NCBI GenBank assembly: GCA_030704615.1
Contig: CM060732.1
Span: 13,640,001 to 13,704,000, forward strand
Reading direction: 5' to 3'
Length of the DNA stretch: 64,000 nt
From: Takakia lepidozioides
Lineage: Eukaryota > Plantae > Bryophyta
Shown here: positions 10,870 through 25,500 of the stretch, piece by piece
How positions within the stretch are numbered: position 1 is the first letter of the stretch
Layout of the letters: every line of letters begins with the position of its first letter
Position numbers and translations under genes: made by a program
Notes under the pieces: model-generated
Database searches by the model: none
What the model was told of the DNA's origin: nothing
The model's input: the letters and a program-made list of their open reading frames with translations, nothing else

Positions 10870-13800
10870 CTACCAAACATCTCGTTGGTATCGACCCTCC
10901 ACTTGCAACTGCTTTACGAGAGCCTCTGCTTTAGTGCTGTCAACTCCCTCCTGTCCAGAACCAGCCCTTGTTTAGAATTTCATAACCAGGGACAGACAAA
11001 ACTTGGAAAGGAAGATACCAAGGATTAACTTCATCTACTTTAAACTCCTGACCTCGACTGCTTGTACTGACAAATACATGCATAAAAGATGAGCCACACT
11101 TCTCAAACAAAACACACCTGTTGTTGAACAATTGTATGCAATGCGCGGTGCACATCTTTGGCCATGCCCTTGGCATCACCACAGACATATAAATACCCAC
11201 CCTCAGATATCAAATTCCAAACATCAGTCGCCTGCAGCAGAACATGGAAACAACTCATCAGCAGACAATGCAACCAAATTAGAAGTTACTGGCAAACATA
11301 ATCCATATCACGGTGTGCACAAGGGCGATGCACACACACTCTCCTTGTACCTGCTGAAGCATCTTGTCCTGAACATATTCCTTGGTCGGTCCTTCTCGAG
11401 AGAAAGCCACTGTCAAATCAGTCACTCCTTTTTCAACATAGGTCTTGAGCTCTTCCTCGTATATATAATCCTGCGATTCCCCAGGTGGTCAAGACTCTGA
11501 ACACATGGAAACGCTACTCACCTTGAAGAGAAGATTAATTACTGCACAATGGTGATATAGTCATACCTGTTTGCGATTGCGGCACCCAAAAAAGAACAGT
11601 GCTGGTCCAAGCTTCTCCCCAGCTTCTTGAAAGGCGGCTCTCTCCTGGATAGGCCAGAGAAAACAACCGCAGAATCAACAGAACTTCCAATTTCAACACA
11701 GATGCAGGCAGAATCATGTCACTTCAGGGCCACAGGCAAATCAGGCCACTAAAACAGGCAACAGAAAGAATAAAGAAGGGCGGTTTGAACCACACCTGCA
11801 AGAAACCTCTGAATGGTGCTAAGCCTGTGCCAGGTCCCACCATCACAATTGGAACCAAAGGATCAGTAGGTAGCTTGAAGTTTGACTGCCGCACAAAAAT
11901 AGGTGCCCAGCTGCACTCACTTCCAGCCTCCTCAGAAGAGATTGCATTCTGCAGGGCCGAAAGGTAAACATGATTTCATTACTATGCATGACAAGACCTT
12001 TCAGGACACTCTATCAAGTTACACAGATTCAAACGAAAATGACATGACATTTGACATTCGCACAAAAGTGAGCTTCCAGCTGCACTAAATTTGAGCTTCC
12101 TTAGATTGCATTTACAAGCCCGAAAGGTGGCAATGATTTCATACCAACCATGTATTTGCGTGACAAGATTCTTCAGAAGACTAGCCCTTTCAAGTCTTTC
12201 AACTATAACAACATGAGATTTGCCAACATCATCAACTGTAAAGATGACAAAGCTGTTTGAATTCCATTATAACAGTCTACCAACATGAAGGGCTAACCTT
12301 CATCCACGTGGAGCAAACGCCTTTATGTAGACGACCAGTGGCGGTAGGCCCATAAACCAATGCACATGTGACATGGATTCGGGACGCTGCAAATCTGTGG
12401 AGTAGCACATCCACAATAAATTTCCAGGCACCTGAACCATCTCCTTTGAGACACGACAAGCTCTTCCCTTGATCTAATTTGCAGACAAACAACCTTCAGG
12501 GATGTACCTCGGGGACGACGAGATAGAATAATAGCGAGGATTTAAGCGAGGAACCACAGCAGCAAAAAACACTCCAAGCGGTACCCTCACGGACGGGAAT
12601 TCAGCCATAACTTCCAAAAGACTCTGCTGAACCATCCACTTGGAGTAGTCGTCCTGCCAAAGTCAAATGTTCATTAACAAAAACCTCACGACTCATAGAA
12701 TAGACCTAAGTTTAAAAATTGCGACTCCAACAGCTTCCTTGAAGTTGAAGAAAAAGGACTGATTGAACCAAATCAGAAGATTACCTTGCCCTGCGGTGAA
12801 GCAAGATGCTTCAACTGTGAAGCTTCCTCTTCGTTAGAAGCATAAGCTGCTAGCACGGCCAAGATAGACTGCAGTACCCACCACAGACAGGAATTCTACA
12901 TCAATCCCACGTCTCAAGCACCACAACCTGGGCCTTGTTCAGAGGTTTGCAAAACTATTTCAACAAATTTATTCCACTGAAGGGCCCTAACTGCCCAAGA
13001 ACCTCATGAGATGTGTAAATGTGAGAGTGACTGCAAATCCCATTTCCTACATACAGAGGGCATTGGATATCCAAACACCAAACCTTGACCACTGTTATCT
13101 CATATACACAAGAGATTTTGAGATTCTTCACATCTGGTGGAAGAGACAAGTTCAAAAGGTAAAATTCTAACAAAGGCCAGGAGTCCCTGAAAAGCCCACA
13201 TTACAAAGCAATCTGTAATTCAAAATGAAACCAAAAATATTGTCACTTACTTTCCGAGGAGGGTTCAGTAGATCTGCATAACGCCGGAGAGCTGTATCCA
13301 AGGTCAATGGCCCAGGAAACGGAGGGAGAGACCCACTACTTCCTGGCAAAGGAGACCCTTCTCTTGTGACACCATAGAGCGAAAATAGGGTATTGGGTGG
13401 GACACCCAAAAGCTTGGCTCCTTCTTCCACAATATCGGAAGTGTTCTCGGTAAAAACACCAACATGATCACCAGTTTCATACCTGTAATCAGAAACATAG
13501 ATGAGTAACTTAAGCAGCAACATGAACAAACAACAGTCACAAAATTGCACTAAAGGGTCCCTCCAATCCCATGTCTGAGAACTCAATAAAATTGACTGCC
13601 AGCAAGTTGTAATAGAAATTTGTTACAATAAGGTGAGCCACACTATCAACCACTACCAGACACCCAGATGAGGAGAGGACTGTCCTAAACCATCGTACGT
13701 GATTTCTCCCAGAAGGGAGTCGGCCCAAAATGAAAGTTTGCCTCGTCAGCAACACACAACCAGTCACATCCCCTAAAATTTGAGACCAATGGCCAATTCC

Positions 13801-16690
13801 ACCTTCCAGAACATGAAGTATAACAACCTACATTTGGTCTAAATCCAACCACAAACTGACTGTCATTATCAATCATTCGCCACCCTTGCAGACATGATAA
13901 TGAGATTCTCTCTTCAACTGGCCTTGTGCAACGACCATTCAGAAAGAATTGACACTATACGCACGTGAAGCCTGTGTTTGAAATGTCAAATTCCAAGTGT
14001 GTACAAGATCGGTCTGACTGAGAGGTATGAAGCTCCTTGCGCACAGCCACGTCAGCCCTGAAGATATATTGCCAAGTCAAATTGGTTGTCAAAATGAAAG
14101 CAATACAAACTAATTTCACTTAAGAGACAACCGGACAGCTTTGCTGAGACACGAGGACACCTACAAGCACCCAACTACCCCACATATGACGTGGATGCAT
14201 ACCTGCAAGGATGATTGGCATCATAAATAGCTTGCCCATTCTTTTTGGCTGCATATGTTTCTTCGTAAAGCTTAGTACCATCCTCATGAATTACCACACG
14301 GTACTCAAGAACTGTGGCTTTGTAAGGTGTGGGGATAGAGGATACATCATCTTCAATCTGGAGCAGCTCATCAAGTTTTGGCCACAACTGTTCTCGCCTG
14401 TGCATGTCACATGATGCACATGTCAGTAAAATGTGCAGAAGAGTCCCTACCTACAACATATGGTGCACACAAGGTCAGGTTGAAAGCACCATACAGTCCC
14501 TACCCACAGATAGAGCAATGCACCACCTCTTACCAGGCAGTGAAGTCATCCTCAATACACTGATCATCATCACCCAATCCACACTCGATTAGGCGCTTTC
14601 CACCTGCACAACCACAAAACCATCAACACCTGAGGCTGGCACCTCTACCACAAATGCATGTCACAGCCCACCTGGAGTCTTACTAAAATACAGATTGCAA
14701 CAAGAGTGGAAGTAAAGAAACAAAGAAAGAGATGCTGACCTTGTTTCTCAAGAGCTTCATCAACCTTCAATGCAATCTGCACAATTATCACCTTAATGAG
14801 TAAGATGAAACACATGCTAGCATAATCACCCCATTGCAAGTCAGCCAATGAGAACAGGTGAAGATTTCGCATCTCATTTAGCACACACTTCAGTACTCCA
14901 GTACAAGAAACCCTACCACAGAACTTCACCCCCCTGTGACTTACTTTGTTGAAGTGCTCATATTGTCTATTACCGAGACCGAATACTCCATACGCCAACT
15001 CTTTCAGGAGCGGTTCCTTTTGCTGTGCCTGACGATACCAGACATCCAGCATTCAGAACTGACCAATGAACAAGTACAAAGCCTTTCACTGACAGATAAA
15101 CTTCACACAATCAGCCCCTTTTCACAACACCCAGTCGTCCAGAGAAAACCGTAGAATTAGACCAAAAGTGATGTAGAGTATAACCATGACCTACTTGCAC
15201 AACACCCTAAGAAAAACGATACCTCGAGCGCCTCGGTGAACCACTTGTAAAAACGTGCGGCATTGTCAGTAGGTTCACCATCCCCATAGCTGCACCATTA
15301 TCCCAGGCACAAGCACGTCCAGTTCTTAGCTCTACACAAGAACCAGCACCAGCTCCTTTTTTGCACACACACACTAACTCCATTATCGTAAGCACTTGAA
15401 AATGAGTCGAGAATACTTCCCCACTTGCTTGGCCTTCCAAAACGAGTCTAGACATGCAAGGCCATCAGAAAACACACCAATTGCCTATGCGCCAGGTAAT
15501 TGCTAATGTAGGTAGTCAGAAAAGCTACATACGTGGCAACCATAAACAAGGCCAGTTTCTCCCTCTGCAGCTTTACTTCATACTGTTCATCATCCTTAGC
15601 ATATTCATCCTGAACAGGAGCCCAAGTCAGCATGTCAAATGCTTCACAAGTTCCGCATGCTCATTTAATAAACTAAAAAAATATGCGAAATCTTCAGAAC
15701 ACCAGCTCCAACTACCCACTGTGCGGAAAAATGCAGTCATCCTAGCCAATTGTTTGTGAAAGTGATGTGTCGTCGTCAAATTCTCGTCAGATAGAGCTCA
15801 AAATACACCTTGTCTGGCAGACAAATCTTTCCATTTCAAGGGCCTGACGCTGACTGGAAGACACACACACACAAAGGCTTGAATTAAAGAAATATAGGTA
15901 CACAGCATATACTCGTTATCTTATGTTCGATAATACATTGTCAAAGCCTTGAAGACATCTCAGTCTAAATGAGTCGATCAACCAATCTCGTGAACCCTGG
16001 CTACAGCGAGCATCAGACAGCCCTGCCTTAGCAACTTGACTTACCAAATCCACAACCTTGAAATTCGTGTTGCCATACCTGACCTTCCCTTCCTCCGCAA
16101 GGGCCTGTCATCACATACCAGTTGGCTGAATTCAAAGCACAGATGACTACCAAACGTAGTTTCAAGTCCAAATGGGCAACTTCCAACCTAAACACTGCGA
16201 ACTATTATAAACACAGCGATAAACAAGCCTCTGGCTGTACGCTTAACCATTTCCCTGCCTGCCAGATTCGTGCCACTGTAAAGTGACTTCGGTAGGCACA
16301 ACTAAGCCACGCACTATGCGATGCTACACAAAATGATCCATCTCACACAAGATGCTGAAAGTACATCGATTAACATGACAAACCATGCACATGGATTCAC
16401 CTTCATCCGCCAGTGGTCAACCAAAGGACACTGACCTTAGAAAAACCTTCAGCCGTGCCTGTTTGAGTTCCAAAAAACACCACTACTCTCTTCTTTGATT
16501 CACCCTCAGTTTCAGACTCCATAGAAACATCAACCGACAACTTCCTGGGCGCGGTCCGTTCCACAGGCTGCCTGGAAATCACTTGTCGCCATAGAAGAAA
16601 AGCGAAGCAGAGGAACATGACACCTACTGAGGCCCCTACAAGAGCGTAAGAAGGTGGAATGGCTGCGAAAGCCAATGGCGACGCGCCCAT
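10870..16690 (-). CDS. CPR: NADPH-cytochrome P450 reductase, 18 exons, ~680 aa
   Basis: Exons (GT-AG, phases consistent): 16436-16690, 16045-16104, 15533-15609, 15223-15289, 14945-15028, 14740-14776, 14534-14603, 14203-14397, 13965-14057, 13251-13482, 12785-12868, 12508-12653, 12298-12394, 11796-11948, 11567-11644, 11351-11470, 11118-11231, 10870-10950. N-terminal TM anchor; FMN motifs [35 protein letters not shown]; PRYYSISSS; [12 protein letters not shown]; [10 protein letters not shown]; terminal GRYQRDVW*. Confidence 0.97.
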
Positions 16691-17440
16691 GGCTGCCGAT
16701 TTCCCTTTGCCGCCCACCGAAGTACTGAAATTGAAATTTCTTCACACTCCTGCCTATGCCTTGACTTGCCTCCCTGTATCCGTTCAGTAGCACCTAATAT
16801 ACGGTCCAGTTGCCAGACAGAGAGCTTCCGCCTCTTGAAAATCTCCTTTTCCACTGTGTCTATGACTACGGTTCCTGATTGCGGATCAGACAGTAGTACT
16901 CACTCTCCAAAACGCAGAAGCAACACCTTCCAGCGTGATGAGGAGCCACCGCAACGGAGAGAGAGAGATTCCGTGACATCCACTGTAGTGCGCGGAGCTC
17001 AACCACGGCAGGGCTGAAAAAAAGTGTGTTGCCAAGACACCAACCCTTCGCAACCCGCGCACCTACACCAAGTCCAAATTCTCCACAACGTCATCAATCC
17101 AGTGCCAAAATTCAGTTGTGAGAATGATCGCTGCAGGTGCAAAAAAGGACACAGAATCTGATCAGAACTCCATAGAGCAGCCAATCTCCCTGCTCACACA
17201 CACGACACTCTGCACGGTCCAAACACAACATGTGCGCTATTCGATGTCTGACCTACGACGAGGTCCAGCAGCCCGCACTCTGCAAAAGCAGAATGAAGGG
17301 TCCTCCTCCTTCACCGGGCGAGCCCCTGCTCCTGTTCCATGCACTGCGCTTCCGCCACGTGCTCCGGGCCAAATAAACGTGGAGGCCCCCTCGGCCACAG
17401 CTGCACGAGGCAGATCCACCGCCTGCCCTCAGCCGTATGT

Positions 17441-19581
17441 TACAGAATACAAAAACGGCCATGCATGTTAGGTAACCCCAGGCCCCGGGAAGATTCCAAT
17501 ATCCCGGTGTAGATTCCTAGAATATTCCGTGTCCCGGGGTTCCGGGGGGTATGTGAAGAATCTATGTAGCCTAGGATACATTCCTAAAAAGATTCTGCAG
17601 CCTAGGCCCGGGCCTAGGGTCCGGGGCTACCTGCTTATATATACGTTCCGTATATCAATAAGTATGTAACATATTTCCAAGTATTTGTCGGGTTGCTGCC
17701 CGGGCAGGAAGACCAAGCTAGGGTTTTTCGCAAAGGTTCCAGTTTGCCCAATGGAGGAGGAACTCTGCAAAGTCGATGGCCCGTTTCCAAGGGGGTCACC
17801 ATACATTTACCCAGTCTATGGGCTTGGCGAGCTTCCACATGTCTGTTTGACTCCACACAGGGCTGCAGGGTGAGAAGGACTTTGCTTCCGCATGTCGGAG
17901 ATGTAAATGCAGCAGCTATGGCATGTGGATTTGGATGTACTTTTGGTAACAAAGTAAGCGAATTAACTGCCCTTGTGTTCCTTGAGGCATTTTGGACAAA
18001 TAGTTAGAATTATACGTAAAGAATTTTTAAAAAAACTCCTTTGTATTTCGAGCGGGCTTATTTTGTGGAATAAAGCCTCCAAGCTGGCGAGTAGCGTTAT
18101 AGAATGTAAGCCACTAGCGCGAGTGGCTTACACTCCGTAATGCTACTCGCCAGCTTGGCAAGGCATTTTTTTTTTTTCAATTCTTTACGCAGGGTAAGCA
18201 ACCCACGCGCGTTGCTTCACTGGTTCTCGCCCCTACCCCTCGGGCTCCGCCCTCGTGGCAAGGGGCTCACACCTGTGAAGCACCTCACCTAGGTTGCTTA
18301 CCCTACACTTAATGCAGAGAAGGGAGTAGCTAAGGGTGATCTGGGTGCAGGAATTCCTCTCCATAAGATAAACTTCATTCAAAGATGATACCAGATCAAT
18401 GTGTCATTGCTCTCCCACTAGCTTAATCTCTACAAGAAATCATGGCCATTTGCCCAGTCTGGACAGGTGGTCAATCTTATGTTAGAACAATTCTATTAGC
18501 ACTAATGTCTCACTGAATGGTCGATGACTTGGGTTCCATCATACACCTTGGTCAAAATGATTATTGCCATTGTATACCACTGTTTGTTGGTGGAAGGAGG
18601 GACCAGTTTTTGGTTCCCTCCCTCATATATGCACAAATTGAGCTAGAGTTGAAGGTTGTGCTCGCTGATTTGGTGAGATTGCAAGGAGCAGTTGGGATCA
18701 AAATGACAATCTTCCGGTAGACAAATTGTGCGGTGAACAGCCACTTTGCGGCACATCAGGAGAAAGTTGCTAATAGGAATGCTGATTTCCAATACGTGTA
18801 CAATCAGATGGTATTTGTGAACAGGACAGGTGTAGTTGCTACTGCTGGTGCAAATACCATAACATGTGCTCTCTTCTTCTAGTTTAATATGTTAAGCTAT
18901 GTATGCAAGTATGTGTCAGCTACATATTGTGTTGATGTCATATTTCTAAGAAATGTTTGTGTCTAGATGTTTCTACATTACTGTAGTCTATAAGCTTGTA
19001 CATTTCACCCATACATTGTTATCATGTTTACAGATCTGTGGTTTAGCATAGGGAGAAATGTTCGTATGTGGTATATGTTGAAACCCTACCCCCTTCACAT
19101 GGAACCGCTCCTCCACATCTCTAAAGGCAATTACTGCATCATCCAGCTATAAAGCCAGCCCTGCAGCCCTATGTGGAGTCAAACAGACCTGTGGAAGCTC
19201 GCCAAGCCCATAGAGTCGGTAAATGTATGGTGAACCCCCCTGGAAACGGGCCATCGACTTTGCAGAGTTCCTCCTCCATCGCGAAAAACCCTAGCTTGAG
19301 TTTTCGTCTTCCTGCCTGGGCAGCAGCCCGACAAATACTTGGAAATACGTTACGTACTTATTGATATACGAAACGTATATATAAGCAGGTAGCCCGAGAC
19401 CCTAGGCCCGGGCCTAGGCTGTAGAATCTTTTTAGGAATGTATCCTAGGCTACATAGATTCTTCACATACCCCCGGCCCCGAACCCCGGGACATGGAATA
19501 TTCTAGGAATCTATCCCAGATATTGAAATCTTCCCGGGGCCTGGGGTTACTTAACATGCATGGCCATTTTTGTATGTTGTA
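17441..19581. mobile_element. Non-autonomous long-TIR (foldback/MULE-like or Tc1-mariner-like) DNA element
   Basis: ~430-bp terminal inverted repeats (17441-17870 vs 19159-19581) with a few indels. TA is present at both extremities. No transposase recognised inside. Confidence 0.85.
18015..18304. repeat. Two adjacent nested hairpins (MITE-like)
   Basis: Hairpin 1 (18015-18189): cgtaaagaatt...aattctttacg outer arms, core ccaagctggcgagtagc...gctactcgccagcttgg at 18079-18158. Hairpin 2 (18191-18304): agggtaagcaacc...ggttgcttaccct. Confidence 0.8.
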
Positions 19582-22500
19582 CTATGTCCCAAGTGAAATG
19601 AGGATACTGTCGGGCCCGGGCATGGGTCCTCATGCCCGGGCTGCGCCTCTAGCCGGCCTGAGCAACGCAGCCTCAGTGCGGGCCCACCACGGAGGGCTGC
19701 CACCTGTTGTGCCTCTTGCCATGTCACCCTAATGTTTCGCCATACGCTCTAAGGCCCTTTTCTTAGGAGCGACAACGGAAGAGAGCATCTGACACCCCTT
19801 CTTCCACCCACTTTTCCAATGAAAAATGACACATATGCAAGGGTGGATGTTGGAGCAAACACACGAGTGGAAGTTGGTAACTTTGATCATCATTCGTGGA
19901 TTTTCCTAATTTCCTGGAAACCATCAACGGTCTACACTCCGTTGCAACAAGCGATGGCGGGAAAATGGGTGGAGGCTAGGAAGAGCAATCGCTTTCTACT
20001 GCGAGCTCTTCTTCAGCGTTTCATCCCGTAGGGCCCCAACATCTTTCGACTATTGAACTCTGATTTGAGCTGTAAACAATGCTTGCAGAAACTTTCACAC
20101 ATGTAGTATTGCTCGATAGAATGTTGTAATTCGGTGTGGTTTGACGTTGGCAACTTGTTTCAATCTTCCAGCATGGAAAACTCTTTTCCACGCTAGCTTT
20201 GTAGATGCCTTTGTTTATGCTCCTTGAGAAAATCAGCAACCGCCGCCGAGATGTAGGAAGGCGGAGCTCCGCCCTCCAGCTCAACTTTCTGCTAACACTC
20301 CCACTAAATTGTTATCTCTAGGGTCTTTCTCATGTTTTTCTTGCACCCTATTTAGCGATCCCTCTTATTTAGTGCTCACTAACTATTGTAGCTATGCTCG
20401 CCGCCATAGCTCAAGTTCAAGATTCCATTGATATCACGCACCGGAAGTAGAGATCAACCCCACTCAATCCCTCCTCTAACCTTCATCTCTCTTAGACGCC
20501 TGATACAAGCCATCTCTTACATGTTCATGATGGCTAGAAACCTGTTTTGTGTTTGGAAGAACTTGAAGCTGTTGGCTGGCAAGTAGCTTATGCGGCTTGC
20601 TTCTAGAAGTTCAAACAGCAATATGACGACCAACGCTGGTGGTGCTCAGATAACGGAGGCAAAACCTTATCGATTCCGCGCCCATAGCACTAGCAGCACT
20701 CACCCCCGCTTTGTGATGACCCCTGGTCTCTCGCAAATGAGCATCGCATTGGAGAGCATCTCCATTGAAACAGGATAGGAGTACACATTCTATATGCTTG
20801 GTATCTTGGGGACATCTGTAGTTTATGAATCATCATGCAAGAGCTCTCACAGCTGGCATTTGTATTGAGGCCTGCCCATAGAGTTCTTTAAAAACGGATT
20901 CCTTCCGCGAGTCTAAGTTCTACGACGCTGCAACGTAACGCATTGCTGGACAGCGGCTGGGGGTTGAGCATTTTGGCAACACACCCACACACAATGCAGT
21001 TCACAGTGAGTTTTCCTGTCTAACAAATCAGCGCTGGTAGCTACTCACCAAGGACCCAAGGATTGTGGATACAAAACAGCTGAAGCACAGGCAGAGTTCG
21101 AAAAGGTGAGCCCCTGCAAACCTAGTCGACACTCTGCCGCCATAGCTATCATGCAATGGGCAGTCCGTGTGTTAGAATTGCAAAAAGGCCCTGGAGTGGG
21201 AGAGCAAAAGTGGGCCAGAGCATGCTCATCCTTCATGCGAGCATTCAGCAGTACTGTAATGGTATGTGGAAGAGCCAGCAACGTCGGATCATGCCACGAG
21301 TGAGTATGGAGGTTAGCCAGTACCTCCCAGGGGGGATACTGGTAGTGTGGGGAGTAGAGAGCCAGTAGAAAGAGTGGCAGCAAGGGGTGGGGGCGTTGCT
21401 GCGTGGGAGAAGACAGCCAAGAGCAATATAACGCAGTATACAACTTAAGAGTCACATTCAAATAACAATAGCAGGTCTATGAGGGGTGCACTTGCCTGTG
21501 TGCGGGTACTGTGGGAATAGTATTGTACGTGGGGGCAGTACCTGATTTGCTGAGATATCGAATAGGCCCAGGTCATCGATGGCGTAGCAAATAGTTTGTA
21601 TCTTGGCCATCCCACTCTCATACAATTTAAGTTAGCGGCCAGGGAGTAAGCGTATAGATGTTGTAACGAAGAGGAGGTCTACTACGAGTAGCAAAGAGTA
21701 CCCCCAGGCAGTTATGGTATAGTTTTGTATCAGGAAATTGCTTATAGTACAACATAACTTGGGAGGAGAGCAATGTTACACAGGGAATTGTATTATTGTC
21801 AATGAGTAGTTGCATAGGGTAATTAACAACAGCAGTATTGAGAGCCGTATCATTTAGAGCGGTGAAAGTAGACATGGGGATCTCGGTTGTAGGTGTAATG
21901 GCAATGTGTTGATTAGAGCATGCGAAGACAAGGTACCTAGAGCAGTATAGACTGTCAGAAATAGGAAGTACAGGAGCAATAATGTTGAGAGTAGCCCGGG
22001 GACCAGCATTCCGGGTAGGAGTTGAGCTGAATTATGTAAAGCAGGGTTTGCCATTGAAGGAGTGTTGGCCGATTTGGTCTGTCTGTCTGGGAGCAGTGGG
22101 GATTGGCGCTCCAATTTGTGCAGCGGCTAGGTAGGAGGTTGAGGAATGAGCTAGCACAACTCGATGGCAGCTGCCTTTGGCTTGGGCTCCTCATAAATAG
22201 CTTTGTTGAGGCGGAGGTATAAGCATAAACAACGGGGGCAGGCTTGAAAATCTGCACATCAATCTTAGAAAACAGATGTTGTTATCCCGTGGAGCCGTAA
22301 AATATCCTTGCCCAGTGCCAAACATAGGTTGCTTGAAAAGAAGACAAGGAACATTCACATGTAATGGCAGCAATAGCAAAGTGCTTATATACTACCTCGT
22401 CACATTCTATATCTATGTTATTCAAATGCAATACTTGGACACTCTCGATATACACACTACTCGGATATTTCTCTATACACTACTTGGTTGTCACACTATC

Positions 22501-25500
22501 TGAGTACAGAGCCATGTCACATACTCACCACTCAAATACGTTGCTCAGTAACTTCATTTTTGTCTACTACTCAAACATAGCTACAATATTTGTCCATACC
22601 ATCCCCGTACTTTATTATGACACACTCCTCAAACACACTAACATATGCTACCTGGACTCACTACTTCCAACCACTGCTCATGCACACCCAACATGTCTAG
22701 TGCACATGCCCACCTTCCAACTATACTATGTTATCATGGCACTCAGCCAAGCTACGCACGTGTATTATGTACAACTTCCAATTCCCAACCGCTATCTCAT
22801 CACACCCACCCATACACTTGTACTAGACCAAATGACATATACATCCATGCCTAAAATCTCTATTAAATATCTTCTACATGTTACACTTCAGTGGCACCCA
22901 TCACACATATTAATAATTCACTGTTACACGCAAGAACACGCCTGCACCTTCTACATCCAGTACACCATTCTCACAGACTTTTCACACAAGCAATTTCTTT
23001 TTTCTCTATAACCTGGACCATGCTTTCTCTCTGTGTAGGTTGGAGTTTGCATCTGCTTATCAGCGTTTGAGAGGGCAGCAAGTCTTGTTCCTCTTCGCCT
23101 CACAAGTCCAGCGTGCCTGTGTAGACAAATTAGGAGGTTTACTATTTCATGAGCCCCTGAGCGTGCATCCACGGAATTAGAAATTATCTACCGTTATTGA
23201 CGGTAATAGGGCATACATCCACGGTAATAGGCACTGTTTTTGAACTCCGGGGACGCGGCTAGGCCTATTGCGGCGCCGTTATTCACATTTAGGGTTTGGA
23301 AAAAGAATTGAAAATGGCAGGAGATGGGGTTAATCACGGTGCCGTATTACCAGCTTCGTGCTTCTCGAAAAAATTCTTGGTAGTGATGACCTGAGACCGG
23401 CCTATTGCGGCGACGTTTTTTTGTTTGTGGTCACCCAAAATTATAAAGTAAAGCCTGACATTTGCTTATTGCAACACCGTTATATCATTTGCAAAGGTCT
23501 TTGTTGCTCCCAATACCTTATTGTTGTGTTGTTTTTCTGTTGAAGATAAGAGGTCCCATCACAGAATACAGTTGAATTGGCTTTTTTTTAAGACTAAATA
23601 AATCCCACACTAACTGAAAAGAGGCTATGAAATTGCCATCACACTTGAACACAAAAGTAAAAACAAATGAGCATTTTTATTCATGAAGGGAACGACAAGT
23701 GTTCCGTCCGTGTCCAAAACAAAAAGTGTTATATGTCAATGATCCACTATCACTCTCCACAACCAAGCTCTATCCTTGCAAGAACCTGTTCAGGCTAGCA
23801 TTCACCTACATCCAATCCTTTGGCCTTGCTACTGCTATGACTCTCACCATCCCTCCCCTCAAATATACCATCCTCCCCAATTGGAACTCTCCACCTAGCT
23901 TGCAAAGTGTCCTCCTCATCGCCGTCACTTTCAGACGTGGACAGAGCGATAAACTTGCATACTCTGGCAGGTTTAGCAACGCTTCCCGTACTTTAGCCTC
24001 CCCAACTTCCCAAAAGTACGGAAGCGGCTTCTCCCGTACTTTAGCCTCCTCAACTTCCCAATTGGGCCTCCTTCCTCAATTGTATTCTCTCATTTCTTGC
24101 AGCCAGTAACTGCTCTGCCCGATTAGGCCTCTCCGCCCTCCTAATGGATCTCTAGCAGCCGTGTCTGCATTCGATGGGAGAAGAAATAGGAAGGGGAGGA
24201 GGAGACCGAAGTTGAGGAGGCTCAAGTACGGGAGAAGCCGCTTCCCCCAATGCATGTATTTGAGTGAGTTGCACCATTGTAAGTGTGTTGGGTTCAATTA
24301 TAGCGACATCCATGTTTGACCATTATAAACCCTAAACGCTTGTTGACATATGGCAATATCTACGTACTGCCATGTTACAGCCTTGCAAACTCGTCCGATG
24401 AGGAGATGGTTGTTGAAACAAAGACTAAAATGCAAATGCCATTATTTTCCAGAAGGTCTTTCCTTGCCAGTCCCCATCGTCCTCATGCTCCTCCTCTGCT
24501 GGCAACTGCTGCAGGCCCGCTACATGGGAGTCGTAGAAGGCTGTTTTTCCTTCAAATGCAAAGACATGCCGGCTGGACTTGCGCCCGACCCACATTGAAG
24601 CACCTATCCATGCGTCTAGTGATCAAGAACAAATATGTCAATGACAATCGTGAGTAGCCATAGTAAATCCATGAATATCTATAGAAGACAATGGACTCTA
24701 ATAACGACACCGCAATTACAAGAATCTCTTACTTGTGTTGGCTGCAATGTCCAGCACCCTGCCTTCTATGCTTGAACATGTTTCCATCACCAAGGCCTCC
24801 CCCCCATGTCCCATGGAATATTGCGTGTGAGACCTGGTTGAAGAGAATGTCATACTCTATAGGGTCCACTGTGGAGTCAACCATACAACCGTCTCCCCAA
24901 AATTCAAAACTGAATTCTTCTTGATGAATGCGTCAAATAGAAGAGGCTGCACAAAAACAAGGTCGTTATTTTGACATGAGATTCCCCACAGTCAGAATAA
25001 GGGCGCCGCAATTTACACTGGACAACTCTAGAGCTTACCTTCTGGCCATCGCAGGTTAGACCCATGCTGTTGATGCAAGTCCACCTCTTCTTCGGGATGG
25101 GTGCAACACTTCTTTCCGCACACTTTCAAGGCTTCCGCACTCATCTTGTAACATATGTTAGAGAGCAATTTTGATGCTGACAGAGGATTTTAATGAGGCA
25201 GTAAAACAGCAGCAGACATTTGCATACCTTCTCGGCCGGGTCCACACAGGCGGTGGTGATATGATATAGTCCTTTTGTCTACGTAGCAACCACTTTGAAT
25301 ATCGGACCCATCCAATTGGGTTCAATGTCGTCCTTTCTTCTCTGCTTACGGGTCGATTGCGGTGCCATTATTGGAATGTGTGTGTTATGTCACAGGGTGA
25401 CAAAGAAGGTGTTCATAGAAACGCACATGGCACATATACTGTATAGAGTGCAAGAAGTGGGACTTGCACCTCTGAAGAACTTTAAAACAACCATCAATCT

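Noticed and set aside
16691-16717. ORF-track start of CPR at 16717
   Set aside because: It is a GTG; the first in-frame ATG is at 16690.
22364-23011. 215-aa ORF
   Set aside because: G-poor, strand-biased sequence giving a T/Y/H/L-rich translation with no motif.
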